Positions 27,153-37,543 of a DNA stretch of 64,000 nt are shown here, piece by piece. The position numbers were made by a program, and so were the translations under genes. The notes under the pieces are model-generated. The model ran no database searches and was not told where the DNA came from. It saw nothing but the letters and a program-made list of their open reading frames with translations. Each line of letters begins with the position of its first letter. The first letter of the stretch is position 1. This DNA comes from an uncultured Acidobacteriota bacterium. GTDB taxonomy: Bacteria; Acidobacteriota; Thermoanaerobaculia; UBA5066. The stretch covers positions 512,001-576,000 of the forward strand of contig CAVZYA010000002.1 of the NCBI GenBank assembly GCA_963779415.1. The letters run 5' to 3'.

Positions 27153-27755
27153 TCAGGCCCGGCCGCTCAGGGTCCAGCCGAGAAGCAGCAGCCCGATCGC
27201 CGCGATCCAGCTGCCGGCGACGCGGACGACGATTCGGGTCAAGGGGCGCCTGAGCGAGACGACAAGGGCCGACATCAGAGCCACGAGCAGGAAGACGGCT
27301 CCGGCGATGCCGACGAGCCCGCTCGCCTCTCCGCCGGCGAGGGCGATCGAAGCTCCGTTCAACCAGCCGTGAACCATCCCGAGAGTCACTGCGAGCGCCG
27401 TCACAATGGCGGGGGCAAGCTTCAGGTCCATGGCCGTCAGAATTCCAAGCGCGAGGAGCGAGAGAGACGTGGCCCCTGCGGGGAGCGGAGCGACTCCGGT
27501 CACATGACCGGCCAGACCGCCGGCGAGCCACGCGGCCGGCAGGATGAAGAGCGCCCGCCGGCCCGTGGCCGGCCCGTTCAGGCCGGCCAGGAGCGCCATC
27601 GCCACGACCGGCAGCAGGTCGTCGAAGGTGAGGAAGAGGTGCGAGATGCCGTCGTAGACCGGGCCGAGCCCGGTCGTCATCAGATGCGCGTGGGCTGCCC
27701 CGGGCCACAGGAACAACACCCCGGCCGTCATCGTCCAGAGCGCTCGCCTCCTCAC
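27153..27755 (-). CDS. HupE/UreJ family membrane protein (degenerate Hx5DH: HLFLTFDD)
   Basis: AHAH signal end, GISHLFLTFDDLL, MVHGWLNG, RVAGSWIAAIG. Confidence 0.85.
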   Translation of the reverse strand: MRRRALWTMTAGVLFLWPGAAHAHLMTTGLGPVYDGISHLFLTFDDLLPVVAMALLAGLNGPATGRRALFILPAAWLAGGLAGHVTGVAPLPAGATSLSLLALGILTAMDLKLAPAIVTALAVTLGMVHGWLNGASIALAGGEASGLVGIAGAVFLLVALMSALVVSLRRPLTRIVVRVAGSWIAAIGLLLLGWTLSGRA

Positions 27756-28360
27756 GCCAGCGCCCTCCAGAGAAAGAGGACTCCGCCGGCACAGACCGCA
27801 CCCCCCGCGAGGCGCAGGGCGATCCGGCCCCACGCCCAACGGTGGATCACCCCGATGCCGATCCCGGTCGCGTGAAGGCAGCCGGTGGCGATCACGAAGC
27901 CGACGCTGTAGAGGAGACCGCTCTGGCCCGCGGGAAGCTCGGTGCCGTGGGCGTGTCCGTGGAAAATCGCGAAGAAACCGACGAGAATCGCCGCCAGCCA
28001 GAGCGGCGGGCGGGCTTCCCGCGCGACCACCAGGCCGAGGAGCAGCGCGGAGAGCGCGATGCCGACCTCGACGCCGGGGAGCGGCACGCCGACGAGGCCC
28101 ATGAAGCCGCCGAGCGACATCACCAGGGGGAAGGTCACCGGCAACAGCCAGATCGCGGGAGCGCCGAGCTGCGCCCCCCAGAGGCCGACAGCCACCATCG
28201 CGAGGACGTGGTCGAGGCCGGAGATCGGGTGCTTCAGGCCGGTGAGGAAGCCGGCCGCCTGCCCCTGCTGCGGGTGCGCGAGGGCCGGCATCGCGACGAG
28301 GAGGAAGAGCAGCGCGAAAAGAGCCTCGCCGAAGGCGCGGGCGTTCCTGCCGCCTCTCAT
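27752..28360 (-). CDS. HupE/UreJ family nickel permease-like protein
   Basis: ALAHP, HPISGLDHVLAM, FAIFHGHAHGTE, TGCLH. Confidence 0.92.
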   Translation of the reverse strand: MRGGRNARAFGEALFALLFLLVAMPALAHPQQGQAAGFLTGLKHPISGLDHVLAMVAVGLWGAQLGAPAIWLLPVTFPLVMSLGGFMGLVGVPLPGVEVGIALSALLLGLVVAREARPPLWLAAILVGFFAIFHGHAHGTELPAGQSGLLYSVGFVIATGCLHATGIGIGVIHRWAWGRIALRLAGGAVCAGGVLFLWRALA

Positions 28361-29367
28361 CGAGAGCCTCCGAGCAGCATCGCCGTCCGCTGGATCGTCC
28401 AGAAAGCCCCGAGCGATCCGACCGCGTAGCCGGGAAGCACCTCGGCCCAGCGCGGCCAGCGGATCTCGAGCGCCCGGAAGGCGCGCTCGAGAAGGACGAC
28501 GAGGAGGACGAACGCGATCTGGCCGATCTCGACGCCGACGTTGAACAGGAGAAGCGCAAGGGGGATCTCCGCTTTCGGCAGCCCCATCGCCGTCAGCCCG
28601 CTCGCGAAGCCGAAGCCGTGGAGGAGGCCGAAAGCGAATGCCACGACCCACGGGTGGCGAATGGTGAAGCTCGTCTCGCCGTTCCAGACGCGGACGATCT
28701 CAGGGCCGAGGAAGAGGATCGAAAGGGCGATCGCGGCATTCAAGGGGGGGAGCGGCGCGCTCGCGTAGCCGAGCGTCGCGATCGCCAGCGTGAGGCTGTG
28801 CGCCAGGGTGAACGACGAGATCGTCTTCACCAGCATCCAGCGGTCGCCGACGATCAGGAGGAGGCCGAAGACGAACAGCAGGTGGTCGACGCCGAGGAGG
28901 ATGTGCTGGACTCCGAGCTGCAGGTAGGAGAGCGAGCGCTCGAGGCGGGTCGTGACCCCGCCGAGCGTCACCGACGGCGTCGCCGGGCGGAGCAGGTGGC
29001 TCTCGAGCCGGCCGTCGGCGTGCTGGATCCGGACGAGGACGTCCGTCACCGTCGTCTCGAGCCCCGCGATGCGGAGCGTCTTTCCCTCGAGACCTCCGTC
29101 GCAGGTCAGCGTGCCGCGCACGAGCACCGCTCCCGGTGTCAGCTGCTGGCGGTCGGGGGTCGAAAGCTGGCAGCCGTCGGGGACGACGGGGGCGATCCGG
29201 ATCTCCACTTCGCCGCCGGCCGGCCGCTTCCAGAGGAGCGAGTAGGTGGCGGGAGAAGTTTCGCGCAGCTCGAGGTAACCAGGCCGAAGCTCGTGAGCAA
29301 GGGCCGTGAACTCCACGCCCAGTGCGAAGGCCACACCAACGAGAAGCAGGAGGCCCCGCCGCATCAC
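28357..29367 (-). CDS. HupE/UreJ_2 family protein with periplasmic N-terminal domain
   Basis: AHELRPGYL, HILLGVDHLLF, SFTLAHSLTL, FGLLHGFGFA, FNVGVEIGQ. Confidence 0.9.
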   Translation of the reverse strand: MMRRGLLLLVGVAFALGVEFTALAHELRPGYLELRETSPATYSLLWKRPAGGEVEIRIAPVVPDGCQLSTPDRQQLTPGAVLVRGTLTCDGGLEGKTLRIAGLETTVTDVLVRIQHADGRLESHLLRPATPSVTLGGVTTRLERSLSYLQLGVQHILLGVDHLLFVFGLLLIVGDRWMLVKTISSFTLAHSLTLAIATLGYASAPLPPLNAAIALSILFLGPEIVRVWNGETSFTIRHPWVVAFAFGLLHGFGFASGLTAMGLPKAEIPLALLLFNVGVEIGQIAFVLLVVLLERAFRALEIRWPRWAEVLPGYAVGSLGAFWTIQRTAMLLGGSR

Positions 29368-30239
29368 GAGCCCGCCTTCGCCTTGAAGCTGCCGACCTTC
29401 CCGGCGTCCGGCCTCTCGATGACGACCCGGTACTTCTCGAGGAGCCGCTCGTACATCGCGGCGAGCTGCTGCTTGCGCCGTTCCGCCATGAACTCCCGCT
29501 CCACGGCCGGGCGGACCGCGGCGAGCTCAGGAACCGACGCCTCCACGCGCCCCTTGACGAGGACGAGATGGAGACCGTACCCCGACTCGATCGGGCCCGT
29601 CCACCTGCCGGAGGCGATCGTCTCGAGTCGCCGGGCGAAATCCTCGCCGAATGTCCGGGCGACGTCGCTGCGGGGCGCCATCTCGTTCTCCTGCGGCAGC
29701 ATGATCGGATCGCCGAGGTTGTCGATCCGGGCCCCGGGACCAGCCTTTTCGAGCCGCGCGAGGATCGCGTGGGTATCGGCCTCCGCGGAGGCCCCGCGCC
29801 GGTTCGCGTTGACGTAAACCTGCCGGAACGCCATCTGCGGCTCGATCCGGAAGGCATCGGCGTGCGTTTCAAGCCAAACCTGCAGCTCCCTCTCGGTCGG
29901 CGGCGCCGCCGCGTCGAAATCCTCGGCGAGGAACTCCAGCTTCTGCCGGAGCCGGCGGCGGATGATCGTGTCGTCGCGGTCGAGGCCGGCCTTCATCGCC
30001 TCGCGGACGGCGATCTCCTCGCGGACCCAGTCGTCGATCAGCCCTTTGAGCTCGGCGTCCGTCGGGGGGCGCTGCCAGACCTTCGCGAAACCCGCCGCGA
30101 GGTGCTCGATCTGCCCCGCGGTGAGAACGATCCGGTTGGAGGTTGGGCCCGACCCGCCGCCGCGCCACTGGAAGAACAGAAACAGCGCCGCGCCGATGGC
30201 GAGGAAGTGGACCAGGGGCTCGCGGAGGAGCTTCTTCAT
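29364..30239 (-). CDS. Parvulin/rotamase-like peptidyl-prolyl isomerase domain protein
   Basis: LREPLVHFL, GLDRDDTIIRRRLRQK, WTGPIESGYGLHLV. Confidence 0.85.
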   Translation of the reverse strand: MKKLLREPLVHFLAIGAALFLFFQWRGGGSGPTSNRIVLTAGQIEHLAAGFAKVWQRPPTDAELKGLIDDWVREEIAVREAMKAGLDRDDTIIRRRLRQKLEFLAEDFDAAAPPTERELQVWLETHADAFRIEPQMAFRQVYVNANRRGASAEADTHAILARLEKAGPGARIDNLGDPIMLPQENEMAPRSDVARTFGEDFARRLETIASGRWTGPIESGYGLHLVLVKGRVEASVPELAAVRPAVEREFMAERRKQQLAAMYERLLEKYRVVIERPDAGKVGSFKAKAGS

Positions 30240-30258
30240 CCCGAGCCCCCGGCGGGCG

Positions 30259-32202
30259 CTACTTCGATGGCGAGTACCAGATCGGCGAGGTGTAGGCGCG
30301 GTCGGTGACCGTCATCGGGACGTAATCGGGCATTTTGACGCCGTAACGCTTCTGGTCGTAGGCGGTCCAGCGCGGCGAGGGAATCTGGATCACGCGGACG
30401 TAGTAGAACGCGCGCTCCTTCGCGTCGAACGCCGGGTCCTTCCAGTACGCCGACAGCAGCGGGGCCCCGATGGTGTTCGTGTAGGTCGCGTTCGCGACGT
30501 CCACCGTGCTGCCGACGGGGGTCTTGCAGCGGCCGTCCGGGCCGATCTTGCGGCGGCCGGAGACGGCCACGTCGAAGATCCGCTCGTGCGTCTTGCCGTC
30601 CTTGCCGAGCCACCCTTGATGATCTGGATCCGGTCGAGGTTCGGGCCGATCGGATCGCGGAGCGCCTGGACCATGAAGACGGGCCGCTTGCCGGCCGGAG
30701 CCTTGGCGAGATTGCCGCCCATCGGCACGCCGTGGGCATAGCCGTTCGCGGCGAAGTCGGGGCGTTCGAGGTCCGCCGACGCGAAGTCCCAACCCGCGAA
30801 GACGCGCACCGTCGGCCGGTCGCCCGTCGTGGCGTAGACCTCTTTGCGCTTGAGCGCGTCCCAGATCGCCTCGCGGGTGTTCTCGCGCGCCCACACGCCG
30901 CCCAGGCCCGCAGCCTGCTCGTTCCAAACCGAGACCAGCGGCTTGCCTTCCTTCGTCACGGCAAGCGGGGCTTTCCAACGCTCCGGCGACGGCAATCCGT
31001 TGGCAAACTCACCGAAGAAGTTGTCCTCCCTCTCGCTGATGACACCCGTATGGTTATCGCTTCCACCGATCATGCCGAACTGGTAGGGGTTGGCTCCGAG
31101 CTTCGCGTCCAGCTCCAGCCCCAGCTTGAGCGCCGGCCGGGCGTGACTGCCTGCCAGCGCGCTGTTCGGCGCCTTCGTCCTGCGCGCCAAAGTCAACCGT
31201 CCAGAAACGTTCGAAATCGGCGAATTCGTCGGTCGGCGAGAGGAAGGGATGGGTCTCGCTGTCGCCCTTGACCTGCGTCACCTCCATGAGCGGCTCGTGG
31301 CTGATGCGCGCCTCGGCATAGGCCCGGTCCATGGGTTTTCCTTCGAAGGTCTCCGCCGTGAACATGATGCCCACGCTCAAGTTGGGGTTGTGCGGGATGG
31401 CCAGCACCGAGCCGCCCGTCTTCGTCGCGTAGGCGTCCATGTACTTCAGAGGTCCGCCGGATCCTGGCTGTCGAACGTGGAGAAAGGGAACGATCTGCTT
31501 CACGCGGTCCGCGCCGTCACGGAAGATGACGGTACGGTGGAGATTCTTGCCGCCTGGCGCGGACGTCCATTCGAACCCGTGCAGCGCGGTGAAAAGGCCC
31601 GGCTCATTCCACTTCTCGGCGGCCGCCATGGCGTGCGCCCAGGCCTTGGCCACGAGCTTGCTGGCGTCGAATTCAGCCTTGCCGGTCCCCATGGCCACCA
31701 CGGCAGCGATGGCGGCTTTGGTCCCCGCCGCCGGGCTCGTCTTGAAAGCGTCGTACCACTCCTTGCACGTAGGGTCGGCGACGCATTCGGGGCTGCCGGC
31801 GCGAATCTCATCGGCGACGCCCATGTATTCGGCATGGTCGGTGATTGCGATCCAGTCCAGCGGCCGGTCCAGCTTGAAGCGCTGGCCGTTGTCGACGACG
31901 GCTTCCCCGCCTCGGGCGACCTTCAAGAGGTCTTCGGGAGTCAGCGTAATCCCGAACATTCCGGCGTCGAAGGAGTAGCCGGTGTGGACGTGGGCGACGC
32001 CCCAGTAGACGCGATCGGGAAAACTCTGGTCCGGGTAGGGCGAGTAATCGGGCTTCTTCGCCTCGATCGGCTTTCGCGCCGTCTCGCCCGGAGGGGTCGT
32101 TTGGGCCGCGGCGACGTGAGGGACGCCAGCGGCAACGAGCCAGAACCCGATGGCCACCAGGCCGGAGAAACGGGCGTCGAGAGACCGTGGGCTTCGTTTC
32201 AT
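30259..32202 (-). CDS. DUF3604 exported PHP-like metallohydrolase (at least 4 indels; sequencing error or pseudogene)
   Basis: HVHTGYSFDA, ITDHAEY, FEWTS, NLHR, IPHNPNLS, EVTQVKGDSETHP, GSDNHTG, EVYATTG, YYVRV, RAYTSPIW. Indels near 31485, 31447, ~31190 and ~30612. Confidence 0.88.
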
Positions 32203-32378
32203 CGTTGCCTCCGCAGCGTTCAGAGACTACCCCACCTGGATTGATGAGCGGGTTCGCGCCCTATCATTTTCGGGCAAACGCCCGCTGAGGATGGCCGCCA
32301 CTCGAGCCGATCGACGTCGCGCAGGAATTGCGGTTGCGTCCGCTAAGATCGGGCCGGGCGAAAGCGAGGAGTAAGGCC

Positions 32379-33152
32379 ATGAAGATCGGAAAATCGACGA
32401 CGCTCATGCTGGCCGTCGCCGCGTGACTGCTGGCGTCGCCGGCCTTGGCCCGCGCTGCGGATCCCGCCGCCCCCGAGAACTGGAAATTCGACGGCGAGAT
32501 CTACCTCTGGGGCGCTTCGATCGGCGCCAGGACGGTGACGGGCGGCAACATCGACGTCGGGTTCGACACCCTTCTGAAGCATCTCGACATGGGCTTCATG
32601 GGCGCCCTCGGGGCGCGCAAGGGCAAGTGGTCGATAGTCGTGGACGCCCTCTATCTGGATCTTTCCGCCGACAGAACCGGCTCGATCGCGCTGCCGGACG
32701 GCTCGATTGCGACATCGAGCAGCCTTGGCTTGAAAGGCTGGGTCGTCGACCCGAGCGTCGGCTACAACGTGGTCGACACGGAGCGGGTTGTTCTCGACGT
32801 GCTGGTCGGCGCGCGCTATCTGTACCTGAAACCCACGCTCTCCGCGCAGGTCGATGGTCCGTTGGGGACGCGATTCCGCGAGTTCTCGGAGTCCGCAAAC
32901 GTCTGGAACGGGATCGTCGGCGTCCGGGGGCGACTGAACATCTGCCCGCGCTTCTTCCTTCCCTATTATGCGGACATCGGCGCCGGAGCCTCGAAGCTGA
33001 CCTGGCAGGCGTTCGGCGGCGTCGGCTACAGCTTCGGGCGGATCGAGATCGTGGCCGCGTATCGGTACATCGGCTGGAACCTCAAGAACGACAATCTGTT
33101 TGAAGACCTGAACTTCGGCGGTCCCTTCCTCGGGGCGAAAATCTACTTCTGA
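32379..33152 (+). CDS. Outer-membrane beta-barrel protein (in-frame TGA at 32424 in the signal peptide)
   Basis: GAGGAG RBS, ATG 32379 in frame with ORF 32445..33152; amphipathic strands (YLWGAS, ADIGAG, YRY); C-terminal GPFLGAKIYF. Confidence 0.75.
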
Positions 33153-33170
33153 GCGCCGGTTGGCCGCTCG

Positions 33171-33196
33171 GGGCCGCATTCGAAAGGGTGCGGCCC
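33171..33196. terminator. GC hairpin with GAAA loop between convergent genes
   Basis: GGGCCGCATTC-GAAA-GGGTGCGGCCC. Confidence 0.55.
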
Positions 33197-33210
33197 GTCG
33201 CGTTCTCGGG

Positions 33211-33747
33211 CTACTTCTTCGGCGGGTAGCCCGCGAACATCTCGGCCGCGACCTCGCGCAGCTTCTTCTCGCGGTCCTCGGCGGTCCGGTTCGGGTCCGT
33301 GCTGAGCGTGCCGCTCGCGACGCCGCGCCAAACGAGCTCCTTCTTCTTCGCGTCCACGAGGTCGATCATGAGCGTCCCGACGGGGATCTGGGTCACGGTC
33401 GTCGTCGTCGTCCCCATGCCGCCGTAGCCGTACCAGCCGTAACCGTAGCCCCAGCCCGTGTTGTACGTGTTGATCTGCGTCTCCTTCGTGAGGCGCGGGT
33501 GCGCCGCGACCCAGAGGTCGCCGCCGGAGTCGACCTTCTTCAGGCCCTTCGCCGCGAGCGTGTCCGAGAAGACTCCCTCGATCCGCTTGGTCCAGAGCGA
33601 GTCCTTGAGTTCACCGGTGTCCTTCCACATGAACGTCCTGTACGAGGCGAAGTCGGCCGTCTTGTCGAAATCGGTCGAGACGGAAATGGACGAGCAGCCC
33701 GCGGCCGCGAGGACCGCTCCCAGGACAAGGGCGAAGGTTCGTTTCAT
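33211..33747 (-). CDS. DUF4136 lipoprotein
   Basis: Lipobox AAGC, DFASYRTF, GWGYGY, GTLMIDLVDAKKKELVWRG, MFAGYPP. Confidence 0.9.
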   Translation of the reverse strand: MKRTFALVLGAVLAAAGCSSISVSTDFDKTADFASYRTFMWKDTGELKDSLWTKRIEGVFSDTLAAKGLKKVDSGGDLWVAAHPRLTKETQINTYNTGWGYGYGWYGYGGMGTTTTTVTQIPVGTLMIDLVDAKKKELVWRGVASGTLSTDPNRTAEDREKKLREVAAEMFAGYPPKK

Positions 33748-33799
33748 CGTGTCGTCTCCTTTTGCCAGCGGTCGAGGATCTCACGGAGGCGGGCGCGGG

Positions 33800-36010
33800 C
33801 TACTTCAGCAACGTCGCCTCGAAGAACTCCACCGTCCGCTGGTTCGCGTAAAGGCGGGCCTCCGGATCGCGCGGGCCGTGCTTCTGGCGCGGCAAAGGGA
33901 CGAACTCGTAGTCCTTCCGCGCCTTCATCAGCTCGTCGGCGAAGAGGATCGTGTTCTGCATGTGGACGTTGTCGTCCGACGTCCCGTGCAGGATCAGGAG
34001 CTTCGTCCCGAGCTTTCCCGCGGCGAGGAGGTTCGAGGAGGTCTTGTACCCCTCGGCGTTCTCCTTCGGGAGCTTCATGTACCGCTCCGTGTAGATCGAG
34101 TCGTAGAGCTTCCAGTCGGCGACCGGCGCGCCGGCCACGGCGCAGCGGAAGAGCTCGCCCGCGTGCGTGGCGGCAAAGAGCGTCATGTAGCCGCCGTACG
34201 ACCAGCCGCGGATCCCGATCCGGGAGGCGTCGACGAATGGACGCTTCTTCAGGTCGGCGATTCCTTCCAGCTGGTCGGCGAGCTCCAGGGTCCCGAGGTT
34301 CTTCAGGACGGCCGCCTCGAAAGCGTGACCCCGCCCCCACGAGCCGCGGTTGTCCATCGACCATACGAGGATCCCCTTCGTGGCGAGGAGGGCGTCGAGG
34401 CCGGGCGAGGCGAAGGCGTTCCGGACGACCTGCGCGTGCGGGCCGCCGTAGACGTCGACGACGACCGGGTACTTCTTCGACGGGTCGAAGTCCGGGGGCT
34501 TCATCAGCGAGGTGTAGAAGAGCGTCCCGTCTTTCCCGCGGAAGGAACCGAGCTCGACCGTCGGCAAGGCGTAATCGCCGAGCGTGCTCGCCGGCTCGTC
34601 GAGGGTTGCCACGACGGAGCCGTCGGAAGACTTCCGCAGGACCGTGCGGGGCGTCACGGTGAGGCTCGAGGTGGTGGAGACGAACCACTCCCCGCCGGGG
34701 GAGAGGACGAGGCCGTGCGTCCCCTCCTCGCTCGTCAGTCGCCGGAGGCCGCCGCCGCCGAGGGAGACGCGGTAGACGTGGCGCTCCCGGGGGTCCTTCT
34801 CCGTCGCGACGACGAAGGCCACGCCGCTCTTCTCGTCGACGTCCCACGACGGGTCGACCATCCAGCTCCCGCTCGTGACGGCGTTCTTCATCGTCCCGTT
34901 CTTTCCGTACCGGTAGAGGTGCGCGAAGCCGGAGCGCTCCGAAATGCGGAGGAATCCCGAGCCATCCTTCAGGAAACGGGGAGCTTCGATGTGGTTGATC
35001 CAGGCCGGATCGCTCTCGGAGAAAAGGAGGCGCGGGGCCCCGCCGGCGCGCGGGAGGAGCCAGCACTCGACGTGTGTCTGGGTCCGGTCGAGCCTGAGGA
35101 GCGCGACGGAATTCGTGTCCGGCGTCCAGGAAAGCTCGGGCGCGATCAGGACGTCGTCCGGGTCGGGCCGGTACGACGCGGTCTCGACGCCGTCGAGGCC
35201 GACGACGTGGACCGAGGGGATCGCGTTCGGATCGCCGGCCTTCGGATAGCGCTGGGGGGTCACCTTCCCGTTCGTCGGAAGGTAGTCGACGATCGGGTAT
35301 TCGGGGACCCGGTTCTCGTCGAGGCGGATGTAGGCGAGGGCCTTCGAGTCGGGGGCCCACTCGAACGTCCGGCCGCGCCGCCGGTTCGCGAGCTCTTCCT
35401 CGTAGACCCAGTCGAGGGTCCCGTTCAGGACGTGCTCGGCCCCGGTCGCCGTCAGCCGCGTCTCCGCCCCGGTCGCGACGTCGACGACCCAGAGGTCGTG
35501 CTTCTTCGCGTACGCCACCTTCGTCCCGTCGGGGGAGAAGACGGGATACTCCTCGGCCTCCTTGTCGTTCGTCAGCCGTTTCGGCGCCTCCCCGGGCTTC
35601 CCGTCGAGGCGCCAGAGCCATAGGTCCGAGTCGGCCGACGCGAGGAGGGCGCCTCCGTCCGGCGCCCACGGCGCGGAGGCGAGCGGGACGGGCTTCGGCT
35701 TCTCCTCCTTGCCGTCCTTCTTGACGGGGGGGAGCGTCGGCTTCGCGAGAAGCGCCGTCTTCGTTCCGGTCGCCGTGTCGTACTCCCAGAGCGTGGCGGC
35801 GGCGCCGGGACCGAAGCCCTCGGTCGTCACCCAGGTCACGCGGTGCCGATCGCGCCAGACGAACCCGGTCCCGCCGCGGGACACGATCGGCCTCTCGCCG
35901 GAGACGGCCTCGAGGGTCAGGGGCTTCTTCGCGGGGGCGGCCCCCGTGCTCGCGAGAGAAGACGCGGCGAGAAGGAGCGCGGGAAGGAGACGGCCGGAGC
36001 GAAATCTCAC
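33800..36010 (-). CDS. Dipeptidyl peptidase IV, S9B family
   Basis: Signal peptide, DWVYEEE, YPKAG, GWSYGG, HGTSDDNVH, QKHG. GTG start overlaps the upstream stop. Confidence 0.93.
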   Translation of the reverse strand: MRFRSGRLLPALLLAASSLASTGAAPAKKPLTLEAVSGERPIVSRGGTGFVWRDRHRVTWVTTEGFGPGAAATLWEYDTATGTKTALLAKPTLPPVKKDGKEEKPKPVPLASAPWAPDGGALLASADSDLWLWRLDGKPGEAPKRLTNDKEAEEYPVFSPDGTKVAYAKKHDLWVVDVATGAETRLTATGAEHVLNGTLDWVYEEELANRRRGRTFEWAPDSKALAYIRLDENRVPEYPIVDYLPTNGKVTPQRYPKAGDPNAIPSVHVVGLDGVETASYRPDPDDVLIAPELSWTPDTNSVALLRLDRTQTHVECWLLPRAGGAPRLLFSESDPAWINHIEAPRFLKDGSGFLRISERSGFAHLYRYGKNGTMKNAVTSGSWMVDPSWDVDEKSGVAFVVATEKDPRERHVYRVSLGGGGLRRLTSEEGTHGLVLSPGGEWFVSTTSSLTVTPRTVLRKSSDGSVVATLDEPASTLGDYALPTVELGSFRGKDGTLFYTSLMKPPDFDPSKKYPVVVDVYGGPHAQVVRNAFASPGLDALLATKGILVWSMDNRGSWGRGHAFEAAVLKNLGTLELADQLEGIADLKKRPFVDASRIGIRGWSYGGYMTLFAATHAGELFRCAVAGAPVADWKLYDSIYTERYMKLPKENAEGYKTSSNLLAAGKLGTKLLILHGTSDDNVHMQNTILFADELMKARKDYEFVPLPRQKHGPRDPEARLYANQRTVEFFEATLLK

Positions 36011-37543
36011 TTCGACTCTCCGGAAAGCGGCTTCATCGTCATCGGGTCGCGGAGGGGCAGCTCGGTCAGCTTCCCGCCCGTCAGGTCGGAGAACTTCACC
36101 GGGTGCTTCGGGTCGGGGTTCAGGAGGTCGGCCTTTTTCCCGACGACGAGGAGGGTCACCTTGTCGGGAGTGATCAGCCTTTCGGCCGCCCGCTTCACGT
36201 CGGCGGCCGTCACCTTCTCGATGTTCGCGCGGAAGTTCGCGGTGTACGCCGGGTTCGTCTTGTACCGGCCCGTGAACTCCTCGTCGAGGAGGGCCGAGAC
36301 GACCTGCGCCTTCGTCGCGAAGCGCCGGGGAAACGTGTCGACGATCGAGGCCTTCGCCGTCTTCAGCTCGTCGTCCGTGACCCCCTGGTCGCGCACCTTC
36401 TGCATCTCCTGAAGGACGATCTCCGAGGCGTACGCCGCCGTCCGGACTTTCGACTGGAATGCGGCGCGCCAGATTCCGGGATACCAGACGCCGCCGTCGA
36501 GGACGGAGCCGGCCGAATACGCGAGCCCCTCGTCGGAGCGGACGCGGTTCGTGATCCGGCTCGTGAAGCCGCCCCCTCCGAGGACGTCGTTCATGACCTC
36601 GTGCGGCGTAGAAGTCGGGGTCGTCGCGGGAGATGCCCGGAAGGAGAATGGAAACGCGCCCCTGGTTGACGTCCTTGTCGACGAGGAACGTGCCGGGCAC
36701 CATCTTGTGATCCGGTTTCGGGACCGGCGGGGAGGAGTCGCCGGGATGGGGCCAGGAGGCGAAGAGGGCCTCCAGCTTTTTCAGGATCGCCGCGCGGTCG
36801 AAGTCGCCCGAGACGGCGACGAGGACGTTCCGCGGGTGGACCGTCCTCCGCTGGAAGGCGACGAGGTCGTCCCGGGTGATCGACTCGATGGAAGCCTTCG
36901 TCGGGTACCGGTTCGTCCAGAAGCCGTCCCCCCAGGCGAGGAAGCCCCTCTCGCGCGCCTCGATGGCGGCCGAGTCGTCGTTCCGCCGCTTCATCTCGGA
37001 GAGAAGCTGGCTCTTGCGGAGCGTGACGCGCTCGTCGGCGAAGCGCGGCTCGGTCAGCACCTCGCGGAGGATCGCGAGCCCTTCGTCGAGGTCCTTCGAG
37101 AGGAGGTTCAGCGTCACGGTCCCGCGGTCGCTCCCGCCGGACGCGGGGCCCCCCATGGGACCGCGCACTTCGCCCCATGTCGAGCCGAGCTGCGCGGCGA
37201 GGAGCGCGAGCCGCTCCTCCAACTGCTCCGGCGTCCGTCTCTTCGTTCCGCTCCGGGAGAGGAGATAGCCCGCGATCTCGGCGAGCCCCTCCTTTCCGGG
37301 CGGGTCGAGATACGTCCCGCCGCGGAAGACGAGGGAGAAGTTGACGAGGGGAAGCTCGTGGTTCTCGGCGAGGTAGACGACGACGCCGGACGAAAGGACG
37401 GCGCGGTGGTCCTTCGCGGAGGGGGGCGTGAACGTCATCTTCGGGTAGACGAGCCTGTCGGGATGCGCCGGGATCTCGCCGGCGGCGAGTGCCAGGGGAA
37501 GAAAGAAAGCGAGAAAGGAGACCTTCATGGCGGCATTCCTCAT
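36007..37543 (-). CDS. M16 peptidase, non-catalytic subunit (frameshift near 36600)
   Basis: Signal peptide, ENHELPLV, GLAEIAGYLL (no HxxEH), MNDVLGGGGFTSRI..RVRSDEGLAY. Confidence 0.85.
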
